Source: an uncultured virus (IMG/VR IMGVR_UViG_3300026430_000073) (Duplodnaviria > Heunggongvirae > Uroviricota > Caudoviricetes). Taken from it: DNA of 64,000 nt. Below the pieces are notes generated by a model, which had not been told where the DNA came from, searched no databases, and was given only the letters and a program-made list of their open reading frames with translations. The position numbers and the translations under genes were made by a program. Location: positions 1-64,000 of IMG/VR virus record IMGVR_UViG_3300026430_000073; one strand, 5' to 3'. This document shows, one piece after another, positions 27,385-34,353 of the stretch (the stretch's first letter is position 1; each line of letters begins with the position of its first letter).

Positions 27385-27534
27385 AGCACTGTAGCTCAGT
27401 TTGGTAGAGCGTCGTCCCTCCCTTAAGGTCGCCGGTTCGAGTCCGGCATCGCCCGTATGGGTGATTAGCTCAGTTGGTTAGAGCGTAAGGCCAACTTGAC
27501 GAAGGTCACTGGTTCAATTCCAGTCAGTGCTCCC
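27385..27534 (+). ncRNA. Double-elbow tRNA-like RNA 2 (permuted class-I tRNA body in place of the anticodon loop)
   Basis: Outer AGCACTG/CAGTGCT; inner CCTTA/TAAGG stem, GCCGG-TTCGAGT-CCGGC, ATCGCCC-GTAT-GGGTGAT, D arm. Confidence 0.9.
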
Positions 27535-27552
27535 TATTCAGAGAAACTTGTG

Positions 27553-27828
27553 ATGCGCAATAAGCAACTGAAAGAACTCGAGGTTAGTCCAGAACTGGAA
27601 GCCAAGATAATCAGGCTGCTGCACGTCCACGGGGATCTCTACACCACCGACCTCGTTGCGTTCGATAAGGTCGGTAATTTCTTCAGAAAGCAAACCGAAG
27701 AAAGCATCACCGCTATGGGTAAAGAACCTAAGTGGTGGCGCTGGAAAGGTTTTGCCGGTACCGAAATCCTGTACGATGGTTTCTTTGATGACCTCGAACA
27801 GTTCATGATCTCGGAAGGTTTGCTTTAA
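27553..27828 (+). CDS. Hypothetical protein within the RNA cluster
   Basis: Start moved to ATG 27553 because the track's TTG start lies inside RNA 2. Confidence 0.7.
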   Translation: MRNKQLKELEVSPELEAKIIRLLHVHGDLYTTDLVAFDKVGNFFRKQTEESITAMGKEPKWWRWKGFAGTEILYDGFFDDLEQFMISEGLL

Positions 27829-27835
27829 GCTACAT

Positions 27836-27947
27836 GCTTCCTTAACTCAGTTGGTAGAGTGCCGTCTTCGAGCCTCCTGGCCCCTTAAATGGGGCAGGCT
27901 CACCATACCTGGCGGAAGTCCGAAGTTCGATTCTTCGAGGAAGCCCC
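27836..27947 (+). ncRNA. tRNA-scaffold RNA 3 (hairpin in place of the anticodon loop)
   Basis: GCTTCCT/AGGAAGC acceptor, D arm, CCGTC/GGCGG stem, CGAAG-TTCGATT-CTTCG T arm; ends C-CC-TATT. Confidence 0.85.
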
Positions 27948-27953
27948 TATTCT

Positions 27954-28040
27954 CGTTCCTTAGCTCAGCTGGTTAGAGCGTCGGCCCCTTAGCTAAAAGA
28001 CACGCCGAAGGTCCGTGGTTCAAATCCACGAGGAACGCCC
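27954..28040 (+). ncRNA. tRNA-scaffold RNA 4 (18-nt loop in place of the anticodon loop)
   Basis: CGTTCCT/AGGAACG, TCGGC/GCCGA stem, CGTGG-TTCAAAT-CCACG; ends C-CC-TATT. Confidence 0.85.
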
Positions 28041-28070
28041 TATTCATCCAACCACCCGCAGAGATCTTTC

Positions 28071-28796
28071 ATGACTCAGAACTATCTGGTGAACAAGAAC
28101 GTTACTGTCCTCGCCTGGTCGTCTCAATCCGGCGAAGATGGTAAGCCTGGCTACAACGTCAAAGACGAAGCCGGCAACGTAACCTGGCAATCGGAAGAGC
28201 AGTTCCTGAAAGATCACTTGCCGCTCGGTCACATCGACAGCCGCCCGGCGCATGTCCAGCGCATGATTATCGAGCAAGCGCAACTGACCGCGCGTCACAA
28301 AGGTCTGTGCTCGTTCCTCTACAACGTGGGTCAGGGCGCCAAGCCTGAAGGTCTTTCCGATCTCGATGTAGACATGATGATGCAGCAAGGCGCGTTCATG
28401 GACAAGTACTCCACTGTCCTGCGTCGTCGCATTGGCCGCGCTACCGAGCGTCGCCTCGAAGCCAAGAACCTGCCGTTGGTCGATGGTAAGTTCAACGTGT
28501 TCGGCTTCGGCGATCCCAGCGTGTTGGATCTGACCGACAGCGTCGGCGCTATCCGCTTCAACAACGTCCGCACGGCCGATGGTATCAAGCTGTCCCATGA
28601 CCTCTCTGCTATCAAGCAGATCGAAGGTCAGCGTACTCAGAACTACACCCTCAGCATCCCTGGTGCTGAAGACATCTACCTGAAGGTAGATCCTGAGCGC
28701 GCCTTGCTTTCCATCACCGTGCCGTCCAGCATCAAGACCGAGCTGTTCTTCGACCTCGAGGTTGTTCTCGAGAACCCGAACTACCGCTGCGCGTAA
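28071..28796 (+). CDS. Phage protein with 'GY.V....G...W' N-terminal domain and crAss001_48-like helical domain
   Basis: GYNVKDEAGNVTWQSEEQF; HVQRMIIEQAQL..R...L..F...Q...M..Y..VL.RRI. Confidence 0.55.
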   Translation: MTQNYLVNKNVTVLAWSSQSGEDGKPGYNVKDEAGNVTWQSEEQFLKDHLPLGHIDSRPAHVQRMIIEQAQLTARHKGLCSFLYNVGQGAKPEGLSDLDVDMMMQQGAFMDKYSTVLRRRIGRATERRLEAKNLPLVDGKFNVFGFGDPSVLDLTDSVGAIRFNNVRTADGIKLSHDLSAIKQIEGQRTQNYTLSIPGAEDIYLKVDPERALLSITVPSSIKTELFFDLEVVLENPNYRCA

Positions 28797-28803
28797 GTTT
28801 TAT

Positions 28804-28929
28804 CTCCGCCTAGCTCAGATGGTAGAGCGCACTCTTTCGGTTCGATTCCGAACATGCCCATCCCTTCGGGGTTCGGCGTGGATCAGGTACATGAGTGAGG
28901 TCCGTGTCTCGAAAACACGGGTGGAGACC
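28804..28929 (+). ncRNA. tRNA-scaffold RNA 5 (degenerate double-elbow)
   Basis: CTCCGCC/GGTGGAG, D arm, CACTC/GAGTG; insert contains TTCGG-TTCGATT-CCGAA and CATGCC/GGCGTG capped by a UUCG hairpin; ends A-CC-TATT. Confidence 0.8.
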
Positions 28930-28933
28930 TATT

Positions 28934-29083
28934 TTCCAACGTGGTATCGCTAAAGTGTCGCAATCGTCCAAAACGCTACATCAGGACATCGCCCAGCAAT
29001 GGGGAAAATTTAGGTACGACCCGAAATCCTAACTGCGACCGCTCAACAATACAATAGGCGATACACTGGGTATGTTGGAGACC
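28934..29083 (+). ncRNA. Unknown structured RNA with tRNA-like 3' end
   Basis: TTCCAACGT/ATGTTGGAG, GTATCGC/GCGATAC, GTCGCA/TGCGAC stems; ends A-CC-TATT. Confidence 0.6.
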
Positions 29084-29100
29084 TATTAGGAGAGAGTGCA

Positions 29101-29304
29101 ATGCTTGAGTCGTATGAAGAAGGAGTGGATTACAAGTCTCCTAGCGGACTGCGATTCAAAGTCCTGTATAAGGCGCAACATGGGCAAGATTGCTCTTGGC
29201 CGATGGTGGTCTACACAAATGTGGAGCCTACCCATGATGCACCGGCAGGGAAGATCTGGACCATTGCTGAGTCCATCTTCATGCGCACCTTCTCCGATTT
29301 CTAA
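29101..29304 (+). CDS. DUF1653-like small beta-barrel protein
   Basis: Y...SG..FKVL..A.H......MVVY...IW......F...F pattern; AGGAG RBS. Confidence 0.55.
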   Translation: MLESYEEGVDYKSPSGLRFKVLYKAQHGQDCSWPMVVYTNVEPTHDAPAGKIWTIAESIFMRTFSDF

Positions 29305-29322
29305 ACAATACAGGATACCGGC

Positions 29323-29511
29323 ATGAGCGAAGCTACCAAGTTCGAACCAGGTGATGTCGTCTACCTCAAAAGCGGTTCTCCGGAACTGACCGTCGAGCGT
29401 TATGATGAGGAAGACGAGCACACGGTGGTTCGTTGGATGGCCGATGGTGAAGTTCGCGCTACCGGCTTCCCGGCGGCTTGCCTGACTAAGGAAAAGCCCA
29501 AGTTCCTGTAA
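29323..29511 (+). CDS. YodC/DUF2158 family protein
   Basis: FEPGDVVYLKSGSPELTV...V.W...G......FP...L. Confidence 0.8.
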   Translation: MSEATKFEPGDVVYLKSGSPELTVERYDEEDEHTVVRWMADGEVRATGFPAACLTKEKPKFL

Positions 29512-29518
29512 CGATCAT

Positions 29519-29649
29519 CCCTGGCTAGCGGCTGGCGCTACTCCGGCGAACTGCGATACGATATACTGGAAAGGGTTTCATGCCTGACGCACTTTCCCGT
29601 GTCCGTCGTTTATTAGTTGGTGGGGAGTTCAAATCTCCCGCTCGGGGCC
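29519..29649 (+). ncRNA. tRNA-like RNA with canonical T arm and long internal region
   Basis: GGGAG-TTCAAAT-CTCCC, imperfect acceptor CCCTGGC/GCTCGGG, G-CC-T end, followed by a terminator. Confidence 0.55.
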
Positions 29650-29653
29650 TAAA

Positions 29654-29687
29654 CATACTGCCGGGATAGATCCCGGCTTTATGCCGT
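29654..29687. terminator. Terminator closing the RNA cluster
   Basis: GCCGGGA-TAGA-TCCCGGC-TTTATGCCG. Confidence 0.75.
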
Positions 29688-29738
29688 AAACTTTCATTTA
29701 TGCTGGCAAATGTATGTCAGAGAATACCGGAGCTTAGC

Positions 29739-30119
29739 ATGGCCTTTTGGACAGCGCAGATTAGCCAGTGGAGACTGGTGCAGGATAGGGGAATCATCCT
29801 GGCCGATACCACGGTAAAGTCAGCTGTGGAGTACGAGTTTCTCGCACCCACTTGGACGATGGTCATGAACCACAAGGGCGAGCTCATAACCGACGAGATG
29901 TATACCGAACAATACCTAGCGCTATTACGCGATCGGTACGGTAGTTGGCGTCGGTCTTTCTACGATCTGCTCGAATTGGGACGAGACAGTGAGGTGGCCA
30001 TTGCGTGCTATTGTAGTCCCGGTAAGTTCTGTCACCGACACTTAAGCATAAACGTTTTACGGAAGATCGCTGAGAAGGCGAACTTACCGTTTGAATATAA
30101 AGGCGAGATTACAAGATGA
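29739..30119 (+). CDS. DUF488-like protein
   Basis: LAPTW, Y...Y...L, ACYC....FCHRH motifs; GGAG RBS before ATG 29739. Confidence 0.7.
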   Translation: MAFWTAQISQWRLVQDRGIILADTTVKSAVEYEFLAPTWTMVMNHKGELITDEMYTEQYLALLRDRYGSWRRSFYDLLELGRDSEVAIACYCSPGKFCHRHLSINVLRKIAEKANLPFEYKGEITR

Positions 30120-30643
30120 GTAAGAAAACGGTCTCACAACCTCCCTTCAATCCGAAGGAGATGGTACAGAGCCTGCTGGCGCCATTCCACGCCGAACAGG
30201 AGTGGTTCGAGGAACAGTACAGAAGGGCAGCTCCTCCAGACGACATCTGGTTGCGTGACTGGAAGACTGTGGGGTTCTTCGTCCCACGTCAGACCGGCCG
30301 TACCAGAGCTTTGGCTCAGATCTTCAACCTGGTAGGTGAGGCGCTCTACATCGTACCGAACCTCAGGATCAAGAAGATGCTGATCCAGAACTGTGCGAAC
30401 GAGAACCCTGATTTCATCGGGTATCCCCGTGCAGAATTAGAAAGCGTTCGTGTGTGTACGCCATACGAAGTAAAGCGCTCGATCCTGCATCGGAAGAAAG
30501 GTCTGCCCGATCCTATTCCCCCAGCAAAGCTCATCATCGTCGACGATGCCAGTTACTTCTTCTGCAATATGAAGTATACGCAGTTCTACGAATGGCTGGC
30601 TCAACGCGGTGGTCGTGATCAAGTGATCCTTCGGGTCAACTGA
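30116..30643 (+). CDS. Small degenerate P-loop NTPase-like protein
   Basis: VPRQTGRT (Walker A-like, K to R) and IIVDDA (Walker B-like). Confidence 0.5.
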   Translation: MSKKTVSQPPFNPKEMVQSLLAPFHAEQEWFEEQYRRAAPPDDIWLRDWKTVGFFVPRQTGRTRALAQIFNLVGEALYIVPNLRIKKMLIQNCANENPDFIGYPRAELESVRVCTPYEVKRSILHRKKGLPDPIPPAKLIIVDDASYFFCNMKYTQFYEWLAQRGGRDQVILRVN

Positions 30644-30646
30644 CTG

Positions 30647-30670
30647 TAACTAATCACAACCACACATTAC
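30647..30670 (+). promoter_or_regulatory. Putative phage early promoter
   Basis: TAAC...CACACATTAC. Confidence 0.65.
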
Positions 30671-30710
30671 CGTATAGAGCAACACCAACCCAACTGCAAT
30701 GGAGCTTCAC

Positions 30711-30986
30711 ATGCAACTGACCGCTGAACAAATCGCCAAGCTATCCACCGAGAACGGCGAAACCTACGCTACTCTGGCGCATCTGAGCGACCAAGGCGCC
30801 AGCCTGGTATTCGGTGACAATTCCATGGAATCGGTCCTGGTCGGCGATACCGCCATCACCGAAACCATCGGCACCCGTATCTACTTCGGCACCGACGGCA
30901 AAGTGACCCGCAGCACCGCACCGACCTACAAGGCACCGGCTCCGAAGCAGGGTCAAGGTTCGACGGCACTGCGCCCGGACCTTTAA
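30711..30986 (+). CDS. Hypothetical early protein
   Basis: GGAG RBS; monocistronic between promoter and terminator. Confidence 0.7.
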   Translation: MQLTAEQIAKLSTENGETYATLAHLSDQGASLVFGDNSMESVLVGDTAITETIGTRIYFGTDGKVTRSTAPTYKAPAPKQGQGSTALRPDL

Positions 30987-31055
30987 GCAGCACAAGCGAG
31001 AGCAGGGTCGAAAGACCCTGCTCTTTATGTCGTTTTATTTTGTAAGGAGATAGAT

Positions 31056-31646
31056 GTGTCGTTGATCATTTACAAGGATGGAGTCCTCGGCGCTGATCGC
31101 TGTGGTGTTGTCCAGCCTTACACCACCTATTCCAACCTTCAGGAAATGCGGAAGCTGTACGTCTGCAAGACCAAGCGCATGGCTGTAGCTTTCTGTGGGG
31201 ACAACATCCATCCTGAAAGCGTTCAGATTGCGATGGATATATTCAGCATCGTACTGATGGGCTGGGAAGCGGCTGAGAAGAACGTCGGCCCTGAGTTCAC
31301 CGAGGAACAGCGGGAAGCATTCCTGGGCGACCGCACTTATTTCGTAATGACCACCACTGACGCGTGGTGCGTTGATGGTTACCGCTGGACCCATCTGAAC
31401 GAAACCACCCAATGTCGAGGTAACGGTGCATGGATGGGATACGTCGGCTTGGCCCACGGCCTGTCAGTCACAGACACGATCATCTCAGTAGGTGAGCTCA
31501 ACCCTGAGGTAGGTACGGTGGTTGATGTCATCGGCCAGAGCGACCTGTTGCCGCTGATCACTCCACCTGCGAAGCCAGCGCCGGTAGAAGTAGCGCCTAC
31601 CCGTAAACGTGCCCGTAAGCCTCGAGTCCCAAGGATCGCTAAGTAA
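31056..31646 (+). CDS. Divergent Ntn-hydrolase (HslV-like) paralogue
   Basis: MSLIIYKDGVLGADR...K...AVAFCG...GNG pattern. Confidence 0.55.
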   Translation: MSLIIYKDGVLGADRCGVVQPYTTYSNLQEMRKLYVCKTKRMAVAFCGDNIHPESVQIAMDIFSIVLMGWEAAEKNVGPEFTEEQREAFLGDRTYFVMTTTDAWCVDGYRWTHLNETTQCRGNGAWMGYVGLAHGLSVTDTIISVGELNPEVGTVVDVIGQSDLLPLITPPAKPAPVEVAPTRKRARKPRVPRIAK

Positions 31647-32284
31647 TGGCAAACGTAACTGTATTCAAAGACAACGAGATCTTCCTCCAGACCGGCATCT
31701 TGAAACCTAACGATCTATACACCAAGGTGTCGATCGATTCGCTGATTACCAAGTACGGGTTAATCATCCCGCTGGAATGCAACTGGCCGGTGATCTACGA
31801 TTACTTCGATGGCACTATCGATGAGATCCGCCAGGCTGAAGTCGCCAACGTCTGCAATATCCTGACGCCTAGCGGAAAGCTCTACGAGTTCCGCGTACCC
31901 AACAAAAGCGAAGAACACAAGACGTACATGCTGCGCCGCCGCGTACATTACGGGCAAGGCGTTACCTACGTCCGCGGAGCTGCCAGTAAGCTTGAAGAAC
32001 AGATGACCATGGCTGTTCACATCACAAAGAGCCTTGACGAAGCGGGTCAACTGCTGCGCAAGTGTTCGCTCGGCGGCTTACCGCCTTACGAGATCTGGAA
32101 GGTCGAAGATATCTTGGCGCTGCTGCATGCCAAAGGTTTCACGGAGGACCACAACCTCAAGCCTCCCATCCGCAAGATCACTACCGAAGAAAGGCGCGAA
32201 CGCATGACCGATCGGTTGCAATCTGAAGTTGATGAGAGCATGGGTTACGCGGAACCCATGAACCAAGCGACCGATAACGGTTAA
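31646..32284 (+). CDS. Hypothetical protein
   Basis: Translationally coupled to the previous gene. Confidence 0.7.
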   Translation: MANVTVFKDNEIFLQTGILKPNDLYTKVSIDSLITKYGLIIPLECNWPVIYDYFDGTIDEIRQAEVANVCNILTPSGKLYEFRVPNKSEEHKTYMLRRRVHYGQGVTYVRGAASKLEEQMTMAVHITKSLDEAGQLLRKCSLGGLPPYEIWKVEDILALLHAKGFTEDHNLKPPIRKITTEERRERMTDRLQSEVDESMGYAEPMNQATDNG

Positions 32285-32334
32285 AATCTAACCCAATGCC
32301 TTATGTTCTGACATAAGGCAAACTGGAGACTGTA

Positions 32335-33177
32335 ATGCTTGTAATCTACCACGCTGACTGTTTCGACGGCGTCGTTGCCGCATGGGCAGCTCGCAACAAG
32401 TACGGTGATGATGCCGACTACATCGCCGCAGCTTATGGTGATAACCCACCCGACGTTACCGACCGTACGGTCATCATCCTCGACTTCTCCTATCCGCCGA
32501 ACGTCCTCGCTGAGATGTGCGATAAGGCGAAGATGGTCACTGTGCTCGATCATCACGAGACGGCCATCGAACGTATCGACGAATACTTCGAGAAGGCGGG
32601 CTATCCGAACAACCTCGACCTGCGTCTTGACATGACCCGGTCTGGTGCAGGTCTGGCGTGGGACATCATCTTCCCCAATCAGCCGCGGCCGACGATTGTC
32701 GACCTTGTGGAAGACCACGACCTGTGGAACTACAAGCTGCCTGATACCCGAGCTTTCATCGCAGGCTTTGCCACCTTGCCTATCGAAATCGATTCGGTGA
32801 CTTACGCTCATGCGTATACCGAACATCTGATTGATGTAGGGCAGCCGCTGGTGGCGATGGAAGATCAGCAGATCGGCCGACATCTGGAAGAAAGCTTCCT
32901 GGTCAGCTTCGCTGGCTATGAGAACATTCCGATGTCGAACGTGCCGCGCTACAACGGCAGCCGCGTCGGTGAAGAGTTGATCAAGAAGTACAACTCGCCG
33001 TTCTCGATCACTTGGTACGAAGACGCCAAGTTCCGTTACTACCGTCTGCGTTCGCTCAAGAGCTCTGACGTTAACGTCGCCACCATTGCCGAACAACACG
33101 GCGGCGGCGGTCACACTAACGCGGCAAGCTTCAAGCGTAACCGCATCGATCATCTCGATATCGTCGAACTCGTGTAA
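32335..33177 (+). CDS. DHH/DHHA1 family phosphoesterase
   Basis: YHADCFDG, LDFS, LDHH, D.DLW, GGGGH..AA.F. Confidence 0.88.
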   Translation: MLVIYHADCFDGVVAAWAARNKYGDDADYIAAAYGDNPPDVTDRTVIILDFSYPPNVLAEMCDKAKMVTVLDHHETAIERIDEYFEKAGYPNNLDLRLDMTRSGAGLAWDIIFPNQPRPTIVDLVEDHDLWNYKLPDTRAFIAGFATLPIEIDSVTYAHAYTEHLIDVGQPLVAMEDQQIGRHLEESFLVSFAGYENIPMSNVPRYNGSRVGEELIKKYNSPFSITWYEDAKFRYYRLRSLKSSDVNVATIAEQHGGGGHTNAASFKRNRIDHLDIVELV

Positions 33178-33186
33178 GGAAACAAG

Positions 33187-34353
33187 ATGCCAACCATTCT
33201 GGCCGATGAAGGCCCATACGTAACGCTCAGCAATATCAACCTGCACAACAAGATCGACGCAGTCGCTCCAATGGTCTACCGTGTAGGGACCAAGGATGAA
33301 GAAGTCATCCTGATCAAGGACCGCGAAAAGTTCAAGGTTCCGACCAAGCGCTATGGTCAGCACGATGCTTACAAGACCAGCTTCATCAGAACCTACGGTG
33401 AGGCCAAGGGCACCACCGGTATCTTGCTGACCGGTCTGAAAGGTGCGGGTAAGTCGTTGCTGGCTGAAGACACCATCAACTCGGTGATCGAGAAGTTCAA
33501 GCGGCCGTGTCTCATGATTACCAGCGCCATCCCGGCCTCGGTGATCAAGCGCCTGATCCTGGCGATGGGTAAGTGCGTCGTCTACTTCGATGAGTTCGGT
33601 AAGTACTACGAAGAAGAAGCTCGCGATAAGATGCTGACGTTGTTCAGCGACTCGGATCTGGAAGGGGTGATGTTCATCGTTACCTCCAACCATGTCCACG
33701 AGCTCAGCGACTACATGATCCACCGCCCTGGCCGCTTCCTGTACAAGATCAACTACGAAGGCATGCAGGAAGATGCCATCCTCGAAGTGATCGAAGAGCT
33801 TCAGCTCAAGCCGGCTATCCTGGCATACATCCTCGACTACTGCAAGTGTCACCGCATCAGCTTTGACATGCTGCGAGTGGTAGCGAAGGTGGCCACCGGC
33901 GCCAAGGATCTGAAGGCCTTCAAGCAAGAGCTCAAGATCCACAACGTACCTGACGAAGTGTACGCGAACTACAACCTGCGTGAGATCCTGCACAACGGTG
34001 AGGCGTTCAAAGGCGACAGTCGTTTCGTGCATGAGGATGATGGCACTATCGTTCTCGAACTGCGCGATCCGAAGTCCAACGAGATCGTCGACAGTGGTAA
34101 GTTCGAATGGCTCACGGCCTCCAAGGTCGAGACTGCCGCTGATGAAAGCGAATGGCGTGTGGTGATCAGCCCAACCATCACCATCAAGGTCAATCGCAAT
34201 CTGTCGCCGTATAAACAGCGCGCAACCAATTCGTCGAAGATGAAGCGTTACCGTCATGACGATGATGAACCGCACCTGCACAGTGACCCAAACGATCCAT
34301 GGGGCGCTCCACCGCCCGGTCAGCATCGTCGTTTTAAAGGAGGTGGTAAATGA
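33187..34353 (+). CDS. AAA+ ATPase
   Basis: GLKGAGKS Walker A, VVYFDE Walker B, TSN sensor 1, RPGR arginine finger. Confidence 0.88.
   Translation: MPTILADEGPYVTLSNINLHNKIDAVAPMVYRVGTKDEEVILIKDREKFKVPTKRYGQHDAYKTSFIRTYGEAKGTTGILLTGLKGAGKSLLAEDTINSVIEKFKRPCLMITSAIPASVIKRLILAMGKCVVYFDEFGKYYEEEARDKMLTLFSDSDLEGVMFIVTSNHVHELSDYMIHRPGRFLYKINYEGMQEDAILEVIEELQLKPAILAYILDYCKCHRISFDMLRVVAKVATGAKDLKAFKQELKIHNVPDEVYANYNLREILHNGEAFKGDSRFVHEDDGTIVLELRDPKSNEIVDSGKFEWLTASKVETAADESEWRVVISPTITIKVNRNLSPYKQRATNSSKMKRYRHDDDEPHLHSDPNDPWGAPPPGQHRRFKGGGK

Noticed and set aside
27228..27534. Interpretation as intron-containing or permuted tRNA genes spliced into two decoding tRNAs
   Set aside because: The RNA 2 junction has only 4+7 unpaired nt (14 are needed for two anticodon loops) and gives no U33/purine-37 loop. 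RNA 1 has just one shared stem. No bulge-helix-bulge or group I core is visible. Not excluded experimentally.
27496..27552. TTG-start extension of ORF 27496..27828
   Set aside because: It overlaps the 3' half of tRNA-like RNA 2; ATG 27553 is more plausible.
28762..28953. 63-aa ORF
   Set aside because: It overlaps tRNA-like RNA 5 and the end of the upstream gene; no RBS.
29519..29649. tmRNA
   Set aside because: Too short, with no GGGGC 5' end, G3-U70 pair or tag reading frame.
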